Shown piece by piece: positions 12,054 through 24,283 of a stretch of 64,000 nucleotides of DNA. Origin of the DNA: Octopus sinensis (Eukaryota). Position 1 is the stretch's first letter; every line of letters begins with the position of its first letter. The notes beneath the pieces are model-generated. The model searched no databases. It was not told the origin of the DNA and saw nothing but the letters and a program-made list of their open reading frames with translations. The stretch covers positions 159,898,001 through 159,962,000 of the forward strand of contig NC_042999.1 of assembly GCF_006345805.1 (NCBI RefSeq). The letters are read 5' to 3'. The position numbers were made by a program, and so were the translations under genes.

Positions 12054-12460
12054 ATCATCATCATTTAACATCCGCTTTCCATGCTAGCATGGGTTGGACG
12101 GTTCAACTGGGGTCTGTGAAGCCAGAAGGCTGCATCGGCCCAGTCTGATCTGGCAGTGTTTCTACGGCTGGATGCCCTTCCTAACGCCAACCACTCCGTA
12201 AGTGTAGTGGGTGCTTTTTACGTGCCACCCGCACAGGTGCCAGACGAGGCTGGCAAACGGCCACGGATGGATGGTGCTTTTTACGTGTCACCAGCACAGG
12301 GGCCAGGCAAGGCTGGCAACGGCCACGATCGGATGGTGCTTTTTACATGTCACCAGCACAGGGGCCAGGCAAGGCTGGCAACGGCCACGATCGGATGGTG
12401 CTTTTTATATGTCACCGGCACAGGGGCCAGGCGAGGCTGGCAACGGCCACGAACAGGATG
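12054..12460 (-). mobile_element. RTE 3'UTR-derived element with a 62-bp tandem array
   Basis: (TGA)n tail; unit starts at 12273, 12335, 12397. Confidence 0.87.
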
Positions 12461-13237
12461 AAAATTGAAACAGAAAAATCAAGTTGAATGATTGTAGCTG
12501 TTGGATTTTATAACAACAACACCAACAAAACAGGATTTAATACATAACCAATTACACTGCAGTGACTTTAGGAACTGTGATAATTGATAACATTTCACCA
12601 AGATCAATTATCTTTACCAAGTACAATAAGCTGGCCAATCTCAATTATATACACAGAACAGTGGACGCTGTCTTTGTGAATTCTATCACGGAATGGTTGG
12701 CGTTAGGAAGGGCATCCAACTGTAGAAACTTTGCCAGATCAAGTTGAGCCTGGTACAGCCTTCTAGCTCACCAGTCCTCAGTTAAACCGTCCAACCCATG
12801 CCAGCATGGAAAGTGGATGTTAAACGACGAAGGTGATGATGATGGTATATGTATCAATCATATTGAAGCTTTTTGGTCATGAATAATGGCATTCTGTTCG
12901 CTACAACAATGAGTGTTCCTATTGTTTTGATCAACTGAACAGCTTACTCATGGAATTAATAAGCAAGTGGCTGAGTGCTCCAGACACTTTCTGAAGAAGA
13001 TTCAGCATGATACAGAATGTGTCCAAGCTGGCCCCTTGAATTACAGGTACAACTCATTTTCACCAGTTCGATAAACTTAAGCTATGTGAAATAAAGTATC
13101 TTGCTTAAGAACACAATGCTCTGCCATAAATCAAACTCACAACCTGACAATTATGAGTCAAATACCCTTACCACTGAGCCACACACCTTATGTCATAAAT
13201 AAAGACATGTATGAAATACAAATGGATATCAACCAGC

Positions 13238-13642
13238 CAGGAGTGGCTGTGTGGTAAGTAGCTTGCTAACCAACCACATGGTTCCAGGTTCAGTCCCACT
13301 GCGTGGCATCTTCGGCAAGTGTATTCTGATATAGCCCCAGGCTGACCAATGCCTTGTGAGTGGATTTGGTAGACAGAAACTGAAAGAAGCCTGTCGTATA
13401 TATGTATATATACATATGTGTGTGTGTGTATGTGTTTGTGTGTCTGTCTTTGTCCCCCTAGCATTGCTTGACAACCGATGCTGGTGTGTTTACGTCCCCG
13501 TCACTTAGCGGTTCGGCAAAAGAGACCGATAGAATAAGTACTGGGCTTACAAAGAATAAGTCCCGGGGTCGATTTGCTCGACTAAAGGCGGTGCTCCAGC
13601 ATGGCCGCAGTCAAATGACTGAAACAAGTAAAAGAGTAAAGA
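13238..13642 (+). mobile_element. SINE family 1
   Basis: Full-length match to the other copies. Confidence 0.9.
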
Positions 13643-14542
13643 GAGCCAGATGGTCACAAGAAGGCAAAGCATTGTACAGAGAAGCACACATGAGGACACA
13701 TAACAAACCTATGAATCTCTTTTGATATTATATCTCTAGCAAAATTTACTCATCAAATAATCAAAATAGTATATAAATAACCAATAAGATTACTTATATA
13801 ATAGAAAAGTGAAAGAGTGCTTCAACAATGTTTTCAGTACTATAATACACATTACTATGATTATTTGACAAGTAAATTTTAATAACCAGATAGATTTCAT
13901 CAAAGAAATTAAGAGTGCTATAGCAATGCTTCCACTTATAGTTCAATAACAAACTAAAGTTATCAATAAATTAACCACAAGATTTCTATAGTTGAACTTT
14001 CATAAATTATGTACACTATTTGGCAAATTTTTTTTTACCTCTAGAAAATTCTCTGAAAGAAATCTATCTCTATTAATAGTAATTTTTTCATTATATAGCT
14101 TATGGTTGCAGGTGAATTTTAAAGGTTAATTTTTTTTTTTTAATGCAATACCAAAGAGATTTCTTAAATAAAATGGAGGCAGTGAGGGTAGAAGAAATTG
14201 AAAAACGATTTTTATTGTTTTATTTTAGAATCTTAATACTCAATGCTTTAAGCTATTTGTGTAAAAAGTCAACAATGGAAAAGTTAAGAACGGATAGAGA
14301 TAAAAATCTTTAAAGAGTATTTTTTTTAAAAAGTATGATAATCACAAAAGTTTAAAATATATCCAAAAAAAATTGGGAAGTATACAAGGTGGTGGTGGTG
14401 GTGGTGATCTGAAAATTTGCCTATTAAGTATGTAGGTGTGTGTGTGTGCATAAATGTTTGTTTTTTATGTTCAGTTATAATAAAAACAATTTTACATTAA
14501 TCTGATGGGTTACTCTATACTTTTGTAGAGTACAAATTAATT

Positions 14543-14653
14543 ACACAAGAATGTTGTTGACAGTAACTTTGCAGTTTCAGCCAGCTAAGCCATCATCAAA
14601 CGATGGCTTATGTGGCAGAAACTTCAAAGTTATTGTCAATAACAGTCTTGTAT
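14543..14653. repeat. Imperfect palindrome (about 52-bp arms, 7-nt loop) made of a hammerhead-like relic and its inverted copy
   Basis: 14543-14594 versus 14602-14653. Confidence 0.85.
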
Positions 14654-14832
14654 AAGAATGATACACACACACACCTATATATATATAAAATATATAGCAA
14701 ACCTATGAAAAACCTTAACATTGTGTCCCTAGCAAAATTTACTCATCAAATAATCAAAATAGTGTATAAATAACCAATACATACACACAAACATATATAT
14801 ACACAAACACATATATACATATGTATATATAT

Positions 14833-15200
14833 TCTTTTCCTTGTTTTAGTCATTTGACTGCGGCCATGCTGGAGTGCTGCCTTTTTTAGTCAAAGAAATA
14901 AACCCCAGGACTCATTCTTTGTAAGCCCAGTACTTATTATATCAGTCTCTTTTGCTGAGTCGCTAAGTTATGGGGACATAAACACATCAACATCGGTTGT
15001 CAAGAGATGGTGGGGTGGACAAACACAGACACACACATAAATACACACATATATACGATGGGCTTTTTTGCAGCTCTCATCTACCAAATCCACTCACAAG
15101 GCTTTGGTCAGACCAAGACTCTAGTAGAAGACACTTGCCCAAGGTTCCACGCAGTGGGACTGAACCCAGAACCATGTGGTTGGGAAGCAAGCTTCATACA
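14833..15200 (-). mobile_element. SINE family 1
   Basis: Reverse-oriented copy. Confidence 0.87.
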
Positions 15201-15311
15201 ACACACCCACACTGCACCTATATATATAAAAGAGAGATTCTGTCAGTTTGTTTGCTTGTCCAACAAAATGTAAGCAAATGGTTCAGGGGAAGCTATTATA
15301 CTATTGCCTAA

Positions 15312-16470
15312 TTTGTCTCAACAAAAATTATGCAATGGTACAACACTAATTATGCACAAGCTTATGAGGAAGTGCATTGATACAAATATACTCATTGGCT
15401 GTGGTTAAACATGACACCATCTTCATTCCTCGCATACCAGTTATACTAGCTATACCATTCTAATTTAATCAGTTATAGTCCTCTATCCCACTTTCTTTTG
15501 CCATGAGCATTAATAAAACTCAGGGCCAAACACTAAAAGTTGCTGGGTTGCAACTTGAGGAACCATGCTTTTCAACATGGCCAACATCATGTAGGAGCAT
15601 CATGTGTGGGAGGTGCATAATTTGTTTCAACCAAAATTATGCAATGGTACAACAGTAATTGTGCACTAACTCATGAGGAACTGCATTGAGGTAAATATTC
15701 TCACTGGTTGTGGTAAAGGTGACACTGTCCTCATTCCTTGCATACCAGTTATACCAACTAATGTCCCGTTCCAATTTAAGCAGTAATAGTTTTCTATCCA
15801 TGTTTCTTTCGCTATGGGCATCAATAAAAGTCAGGACCAAACACTAACAGTTGCTGGATGGCAACTTGAAGAACCATGCTTTTCACATGGCCAACTTTAT
15901 GTAGGAGCATCGTGTGTGAGAGCAAAAGCAAATATTTTTACTTATGCACTCCAAACCAAAACAAAAAATATCTTTATATATAAAAGTGAAGTTGTGTGTC
16001 TGTCTCCTACGATTTAGATTCCTAACTACTCCCACATTTTGCGGTGCAGTTTAACCAAAACTGGGTATCTTATAGTCATGATTCATATCGAGCCCTTCTG
16101 GGTATTAGCGCGCGTCTACGATGAGTCTACAATTTAAAAAAATTTACCGTCATTTTTTTTCTATTTTAATGCATTTTTTTCGCTATTATATAAAGGAAGT
16201 AACTCTCTAAAAATGTCTTCGATGAGTCAACGATTTTAAAAAATAATTTAGCATCATTTTTTTTCCATTTTTAATGCATTTTTTGCTATTTTTCGGCTAT
16301 AACTCTCTAAAAATGCTTATATAGTTATTTCCCTTACAAAACCGAGCAACGCCGGACGATACTGCTAGTATAATATAAAAGAGAACAGGAGGAGTAAATT
16401 ATATACAATAATAATACTTCCAAGAAACAGTAAAAGTAATTACCCAATCAATGACAGGTATTACTGCTAG
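15312..16470 (+). mobile_element. Helitron remnant: tandemly duplicated Pif1-helicase C-terminus (about 309-bp unit x2) with a degenerate ...CTAG 3' end at 16470
   Basis: PKLCNGT...GKGDTVLIP.IPVIP..VPFQFK...FAM.INKSQ.QTL..AG.QLEEPCFSHGQLYVGAS read in both units (starts ~15312 and ~15621); stops and frameshifts present. Confidence 0.88.
15971..16368 (+). mobile_element. Non-autonomous Helitron nested in the older Helitron
   Basis: A|TC 5' end, subterminal ccgagcaacgccgg hairpin, CTAG|T 3' end, no TSD. Confidence 0.85.
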
Positions 16471-16521
16471 TATATATATATGTGTATACACACAGACATA
16501 TGCAGAAAAAGGAATATATGC

Positions 16522-16689
16522 ACAGGAGTGGCTGTGTGGTAAGTAGCTTGCTTACCAACCACATGGTTCCGGGTTCAGTCCCACTGCATGGCATCTTGGG
16601 CAAGTGTCTTCTGCTATAGCCTCGGGCCGACCAAAGCCTTGTGAGTGGATTTGGTAGACAGAAACTGAAAGAAGCCTGTTGGATATATG

Positions 16690-16720
<31 letters not shown>

Positions 16721-16933
16721 ATATTTGTATGTCTGTGTTTGTCCCCCTAGCATTGCTTGACAACCGATGCTGGTGTGTTTATGTCCCCGTCACTTAGCGG
16801 TTCGGCAAAAGAGACCGATAGAATAAGTACTGGGCTTACAAAGAATAAGTCCCAGGGTCGATTTGCTTGATTAAAGGCGGTGCTCCAGCATGGCCGCAGT
16901 TAAATGACTGAAACAAGTAAAAGAGTAAAAGAG
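16522..16933 (+). mobile_element. SINE family 1
   Basis: Full-length match. Confidence 0.9.
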
Positions 16934-17773
16934 TATATACACAGGCAAAAGATGAGATTTACAGACATGTTCCACCTTTTTCTACTACTATTGTTCAACG
17001 CCAAATAGGCTTTGCTGGACACAACTATCACACTGAATACCAGGATATATCAATCATTATATTTTCGGAACTTTCGAATCCTAATATCTTTTATCTTTTG
17101 TTTCAGTCATTGGACAGTGGTCATGCCTACCAAATTCACTCCCAAATTTGAACAAGGTGTTGCACAATTGAGTTGAATACAGAACCAAGTGATTGCAGAG
17201 AAAGCTTCTTAACCACACATCCAAGCCTGTTCATATAGAGGATTATAGTGTATTAACCATTTTACTTCAGAAATCAAATTTATCCACTCAAGATTTACCC
17301 TTTCTGGAGAAAGTAGTTTTACACACCAATCTAGCTTTTATTGAGGAATGTTATGTTTGATACTATTTTATCAATGAGACGTGTCAAGCTTATCACAAAG
17401 CAACTTCATTCACTTGCAGAACATACTAATTTTATGTGTTTTGGTAGATATTTAACATCATTACAGGAATAACCATGAAATTCAGTTTTGCAGTTAAACA
17501 AGTTAAAAATATAAATGTAAATGTGTGTGTGTTTGAATGTTTGTGTGTGTATTAAAAATTCTAATGATGATATATACTGAGAAACTAACAAAAAGAAAAT
17601 GAAGTGTATACAAAACTAAAAATAAAACAATTATTGCAGAAAACAAGAGGACAATTTTTTTGTCTTGTTCTGTTTATCTTCTTTTGGAGTGTGTACAGTC
17701 AATAGGGTTCATTCAGTGATAGCATAAAAGAAAATTGTTGCCATGAAACAGAAATTAGATGATATTAAAATAC

Positions 17774-17815
17774 GAGGCAGGCGGGGGGGACTTTCTCTGA
17801 TTTCAGCAAAATCAT
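17774..17815 (-). CDS. ARHGEF7: Candidate 42-nt ARHGEF7-like exon: (D)DFAEIRESPPRLP
   Basis: Phase 1-1, open and frame-compatible with the 18793 donor; acceptor gatattag| with an upstream U-rich tract; weaker donor C|gtattt; position resembles the human SDEEFASRKS segment. Similarity is weak. Confidence 0.4.
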
Positions 17816-18792
17816 CTAATATCAATAACATAAAAACAAACAGAAGAATTCAGTTGGAGACTATCATGAGAAAAAAAATCACACGAAAAGATAAGTGAAA
17901 GATAAAAATAAATTGTCATTTCATATTCATTTTATAGGACATTAAGTAAACAATCTTTTTGATATTCTTAATATATATATAGATAGGAAACCTTGTGAGA
18001 CGTGAGAAATACAAATTGAAGTATTAGTTTTGTTTATTTGCTATGGCTTATAGGAATGATTCAGAATTTAAGTAATCCAGTAAACAGATAAAATTATTTT
18101 CAGCCTGTAGTTTACCATATGCTAAACTAAACTAAATCCAGTATCAGTGATTGAATTAACTTTACTGAGCTTGGTTTATTTTATATTTCAAATTTAGACA
18201 TAACAGAATTGCAATGGACAAAAAAAATTGTCTATCCACCTAATTCAAAGTAAAAAAGAAAAACATTTCCATAAATAGGCAATACTAATGCAACACAGCC
18301 ATCTGATAACAATTTAATTAAACAAGTTTTCAAGATACTGTTAAATGTTAGATAATGTTTGTCACAAATACCAAACAGTGGCTGAGTGATATTTTACAAG
18401 GCAGTTATCTTTCTCAAAACAACATCAGAAACTTAACTTAAAAACAGTGTTAATAGAATTTTTTTTTTCTTGTTATCTTGTACATTGAACAAGATAAGAG
18501 CAAAGGTGATTGGGGAATGGAGAGTTGTCTACACAGCTAAATAGCACAAAAAGAAAGGTAAATGTGTGTTAAGCTCAAACAAGAATTTTTTAATCAAAGA
18601 CAAGCTATCATACTTAAATCTTCCATAATTGCTTTTTTCTTTATTTCTACAAATATAAAATAAGAGAACAATAAATTTTGTAAAACATTTTAATGAGGAA
18701 AGAAAATAGAACAAAAGTGGATGTCTTTCTTTATCAACAATTGTCACTTTGCTGTGGCAAAGATGTACGACAGAACAGGATTAGCTTCTTAC

Positions 18793-18997
18793 CTGGTTTT
18801 CTTCTCATTCCTGGCTTTCTTCCTGAGCGCGGACTTTTCAGAGCATCTCTTTCTGATGCAGAAGGCCTCATGGGTGGAGCTGGACGTAAACAGGACATAC
18901 TCCAAGTTTTATACATTTTGGTCTGTAATGGTGGCTGTGTCATTTTAGCTGTTTTTGCCTGTGTTAGCATACTGATACTGGGCTGTGAAGATGAGAT
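18793..18997 (-). CDS. ARHGEF7: ARHGEF7-like exon (post-PH): ISSSQPSISMLTQAKTAKMTQPPLQTKMYKTWSMSCLRPAPPMRPSASERDALKSPRSGRKPGMRRKP
   Basis: 205 nt, phase 0-1, ttattttcag|...|gtaaga; WSMSCLRPAPPMRPSA matches beta-PIX WSLSCLRPAPPLRPSA. The preceding intron would be about 30.5 kb. Confidence 0.93.
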
Positions 18998-19871
18998 CTG
19001 AAAATAACGAAGATTTAAAAAAAACAAATTCTTTAACGATATATTCAATGACACTAATTGTAAGAGAAAGTAAGATATTTAAATTTCTGCATAATTCATA
19101 GTTTGAAGGAAATTGCATTTTACAGATTGTTCTTACACGAGTAATATCCTCATGCTTTATATTTCTAAAGTTTCACAATATTCTTAAATATAGATATGGA
19201 GACTAATACTTTTCCAAGAAAAGAGATGAGAAGTGGTGATGTCCATAGATTTCTTAAGAGCATTATTCATGTAAGTGAAATAAAGCAGTTGTACTAAAAA
19301 TATAAAGTTTAAATCTCAGCTGGTTGAGAGCTAAGTCTTACTGCTGCATCTGTCTCAATGTATATATGACAGTGACTGTTAAAGGACAAGAACAGAGGGA
19401 TAAATAGTATGAACATCAATGATTACAGTAATAATACTTCATATAAGAGAGATCGGACTGTTTGTGAACAAACACCGGGTGAAACATGGCAGAAGGGACG
19501 AACAATACTGAAAATAGCATGGAATTCTAAAAGGAGGAATGGTTATGAGAAAAAGGAATAACAAACATGGAGAGAGAAAAAAAAGAAAGCATATGATCAG
19601 TATAGTGAAGAGTAGGCTACTTAAAGCATCCCATATGGTAACACACATTGAATATAATCCAAGAACAACAAACGGCAAAGAAAGGTTTTAGAAGCAATAA
19701 GGTTAAATAGGAAAATCAGGATAGGAAAGTTGTATGTCGGATTAAATTTCAGTTACTAAATATTTGATAGGAGTTGTTGTCAAAGGGATTATAAACAACA
19801 ACAAAAAAAAAATTAAGAGTTCAACAAATTATAATCTTAATGTATTATAATTAGAGTAGAGATGTACTTAA

Positions 19872-20092
19872 CCCTTTAGTGTTTGCATTATTCTGCCAAA
19901 GTTAATCCTTTTTTATCCACATTGTTTTGAACTAATCATGCATTATCTTGTAGCTATGAGATTTTGATGAGGTAGCTGTTAATTTTTAAAACGATATTGT
20001 AGGGTTGGTGTGAGAGACCAGATCTGGCCAGTTTGAACATAAAGCAGGCAGAATACTTTTCGCCGGATATGGCCGGTTTAAATGCTAAAGGG
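19872..20092. mobile_element. TTAA-flanked MITE, family B (CCCTTTAG...CTAAAGGG)
   Basis: TTAA at 19868-19871 and 20093-20096; copies at 44890, 51746, 61294. Confidence 0.87.
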
Positions 20093-22368
20093 TTAATTTA
20101 AGAGTAAGAAAAACAAAAACAAAGGAATTGCAGGTGAACTCTAGGGCTATGAAGAAATGATGTTTACATATTAAGCTGTATAGAAATAATAACGTTTGCT
20201 ACATTTTCACTCTAATTCTCTACTTTCAAATATAAATATCAATTCTGCAGTATGGCAACTTAAGTGTCTTCTACCATAGTCTTTTTGTAAACATCTCACT
20301 CTGAAGCACGACTAATGGACTATAGAGAAATTATACTGGAAATGTATATAAAATTAAAACAGTGTGAATCAAATTATTTTAGATACTTATTTTAACTTGG
20401 CACAAGGTCTATTTTGAAAGAAGACAGTGCAATCCTGCATATAAAATGACCAGTTTCATATTCATATTTATTTTACTAAACTCAAAAAATATCTTAAAAT
20501 TAATAACAGTAGCACTTGAACTTGAAACAGTTAACAATAAAACTTTAGAACATATAAAACATTAATTTGCACTGATTCTGCTACTCTAATAGCTGAAATA
20601 GTGGCTCAAGTAGATAGAAAGTTTTAAAAAGTTTATGCTTTGTTAAATCTTCACACCACAGACAGAGCAAGAGAAAAACTGAAGGATATCCAGAAGATTC
20701 TGTCAATGAATGTTATTGTGGAACCATACAAATGTTAGAAAAAGAAAATTCATTTCTCTTGGACAAGGAACAATAATTGCTGATCATTGATACAGGCAGA
20801 ACAAGGAAATACAATAATTCTATACTTGAAATTACAATAAATCAAAGAAAATTTAGCACAATTTATTGTTAACAATGAAACAACAAATGTTAAGAATATG
20901 TTAAGAAGATTCCTCTTTCTAATTAAAAAAAAATTTTTTTTTTTACAATCTCTAAAAAGAAAATGCAAAACAGAAAAAAACTCGAAACTTTCCTCGGGAT
21001 AGGATAATTAAGCTACACAACTGAGTGAGCAAATGAGTGTGTATGTTTGTGTGTGTATATTTATCAACTGACCAGTGCAATTCCTTCTTGCTGAGATAAT
21101 AGATTACTTTCCTCACACGGATAAAGTATAACAACCAGAAGCAACACCTTATTTTTCCTTTAACCTTACAAGATCAATTGAAAATGCATTGACAGACTTC
21201 CATTCAATATTGTCTGAGAATGGAAATCTAAAGTAGATCATATGTGTGTGTGTGTGTGTGTGTGTGTATACACATGTGCACACACATTTCACACAGAACT
21301 ACAGCATTAGTGAGGAGGAAAGAATAAATTAATGCCTGTAGACTTATACTTAAGGCCTGTGTCTAATAGCTGAGTAGCAAATATCTTTATCAATATCATA
21401 TATCAATAAAGAAGTTTACAAATGAAAACATCTTTTTACAACTTCTATGAAGTGCAAATTGTGAAGAAAACAAAGAGGTTTACTTCATGAGTTTGTAAAA
21501 GTAATAACTTAAATATCATTGGTAAGTTTATAGTAGGACACTAGGACCAGAGCAAAGTTTAAGGACATGGCCTAATTTGTAGTCAAGAATTCATATTATT
21601 AATGATTAAAATTTTACAAGATGTGTAATGTTTTTAACAGATACATAAAAAGTAACAAATTTTTCAAAGGGCATTGGAATGAGTTGCAATTAATTTTGCC
21701 ACTACTTTTCAACAGTTTTATTTTTGTCCAGTAACAAAAGGCATGTCTGTTTTTGCCTTTTTTGCTTTGTTTATCTATCTTGCATTAAAATTATTGAAGA
21801 GATGTCTTTTGGAAAGAAATTAGCTTCACAACCTCTCTAACTTTCTAAAACTCTAGGATCCATACCTACATAATCAGTTCTCATTTATATTCCATTATCA
21901 TTTAAGTGTGCAATATTAGAGAGAACAACTTGCTATATTTAATCACATGTTCCATTGTAACAGATGTTAAATCAACAGTCACCACAATGGTGACTGATTT
22001 TAATTACTTCATCACAGAAATAGGAGTCAAAGGAAGTTGAAGGTCTGGTGAACAATACACATAACAATGTTTACATTCAGTCATTAAGATATATAAATCA
22101 AAATTCAACTCAAGCTGAACTGTTTCGGTGAATTTAAATAGAACAACCTTTGTAATCACAATCTATTTGCCACAATAGATTATTTAACATCTACACTTCA
22201 ATTAACATTCTACTCCAAGATAACTACCAGAAAGTTATCTTTTCTTCAGGTCAGGCTTGAATTTTTTTTTTTTTTTTAAACTGCAATCATTTTTCCCTTC
22301 CTAGATTTTTCCCTTTCTTTTTGAGGGTGTATGATCTTAAACTTTAAACATGTGTTTGGTTTTCCAGT

Positions 22369-22739
22369 GATGGAAGCACTCCGTCGGTTCCGGTTGATCC
22401 GATCAACGGAACAGCCTGCTCGTGAAATTAACGTGTAAGTGGCTGAGCACTCCACAGACACGTGTACCCTTAACGTAGTTCTCGGGGATATTCAGCGTGA
22501 CACAGAGAGTGACAAGGCCGGCCTTTTGAAATACAGGTACAACAGAAACAGGAAGTAAGAGTGAGAGAAAGTTGTGGTGAAAGAGTACAGCAGGGATCAC
22601 CACCATCCCCTGCCGGAGCGTCGTGGAGCTTTAGGTGTTTTCGCTCAATAAACACTCACAATGCCCGGTCTGGGAATCGAAACCGCAATCCTACGACCGC
22701 GAGTCCGCTGCCCTAACCACTGGGCCATTGCACCTCCAC
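22369..22739 (-). mobile_element. tRNA-derived SINE family 3 (ggaggtgcaatggcccagtggttaggg head)
   Basis: A box tggcccagtgg, B box ggtttcgattccc; 12-bp TSD tggttttccagt (22357-22368, 22740-22751). Confidence 0.9.
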
Positions 22740-24063
22740 TGGTTTTCCAGTACCTGTTTAAGTTCAACACTGAGCCTAGTAAAATAATGCATTTCACCTA
22801 AAGATAATACAGCAATCGGTGACAAACAGAAACACAACTCTTAATTGATTAGTCAAATATCTTTACAATCATGCCAATTAATTTTGTAGTTAATTTCCTC
22901 CCCTTAAACTTTTTATAAAATTCTTAAAGAAATCCCAATCACCCTTAATCTCACTAAAAAAGAAATAGTCAACAACTGAAAAAATGCTGCCCCCCCCCCC
23001 CCCACACACACACACACACCACCACCACCACCACCAGTGTAATTTATTTCCAAGAAAACAATTAATGGGAAATTTCATTTCTGAACAGTTTTTGTTTTTA
23101 TTTCTAATGTTTTTTTATACTTTTAAATACTTTGGCAACATTTTAGCAATGAAAAAAAGTAGGTTGAGCTTCTGGCCAATCAGCATTTGCAAAGTTAAAT
23201 CGTACTATATCAGCTCAATGAAAGCTGACTATTGCCATCACAAAATGACAAAAATGAGAAGGTTAGAAAAGAAAGAAACGGAGAAAGAAGAAAGTGAGAG
23301 GTTGTCTACTAATAATACTATATGAATAATTCAAAATACAATTCACTTTCTACTGCTGTGTCCATCATCTTTGCTTAATCACTCGTATCACCATATTACA
23401 CAAATACATGAATTCACTTGCTGATTTAGATTTAAGTCAGACAGACATTTATCATTTCTGACTGCTCCACGATACAAATGTGCTTCACATCCAATCCTAA
23501 AGGAAACTGCCAGCTTCACAAAAGGAAATCAGATAGTTTTATTTCTTTATGCTCCATACTTCTTCAGACTTCATACACTTCTGTCCAATACTTTCTTACA
23601 GACTGTGTAGCTACGGTTTAACAAACAATTGAAACTGCAATGCATGCATACCTGCATACATATTCAACAAATCTTTTGAATCAAGAAGCTGCTTTAGCAA
23701 ACAAATTACAAAGAAAGCAAAAAGGAGATTTTTCAATATTTATACAAGTAGCTCTTTTCTAGAAGCCCTTGTGTATTTCCTTTTATTGCCAACACACATC
23801 AAGAATTTTGCAGACTGATTCGTTACAGGACTTATGAAATCAATTGTAGATAGCACCTATTCCAAAGGCCAACATATATCATTCCATAGTAACGAGACAA
23901 CTTCTGTGTTGCCTTCTTACATTAAACTGGAATGAAAAAGTAGGAAGTAATCAATAGGTTACCAACATTGGAGTTAGTAAGAATGTTCCAACTCCAGCAA
24001 GGTGTTACAGTATCCAGTTTCCCAAATAATAGTTTAACTGCATTGAAAATAAATCTGATTTAA

Positions 24064-24283
24064 CCCTTTCGTTACCAACACGGCTGAAACCGGCTCTGGC
24101 TCGGAGTACAAATGTCTTATTTTTATAAGTTTTGAATTAAAATCTTCCACCAAACCTTAGTCACAGTTTATGTTCCTAGCACTAGCTGAATGATAACTGA
24201 GTTATTTTACTAAATTCTTTGTTATATTTAAAGTAATTGTAAAAAACACTGAGCATCTCAAAATAAATACGGTAACGAAAGGG
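24064..24283. mobile_element. TTAA-flanked MITE, family A
   Basis: TIR ccctttcgttacc / ggtaacgaaaggg; TTAA flanks. Confidence 0.87.

Noticed and set aside
12200-12450. Regularly spaced ~62-bp units resembling a CRISPR array
   Set aside because: No unique spacers, no cas genes, eukaryotic context; it is the tandem array of an RTE 3'UTR.
20300-21760. Possible hAT transposase relic (TDSA, WN..IQMLE, W...P.L fragments)
   Set aside because: Only short motifs across several frameshifts; not supportable without an HMM search.
22660-22739. tRNA-like sequences (also 46224-46278 and the SINE1/SINE2 heads)
   Set aside because: A and B boxes are present but no intact cloverleaf or acceptor stem; they continue into SINE bodies.
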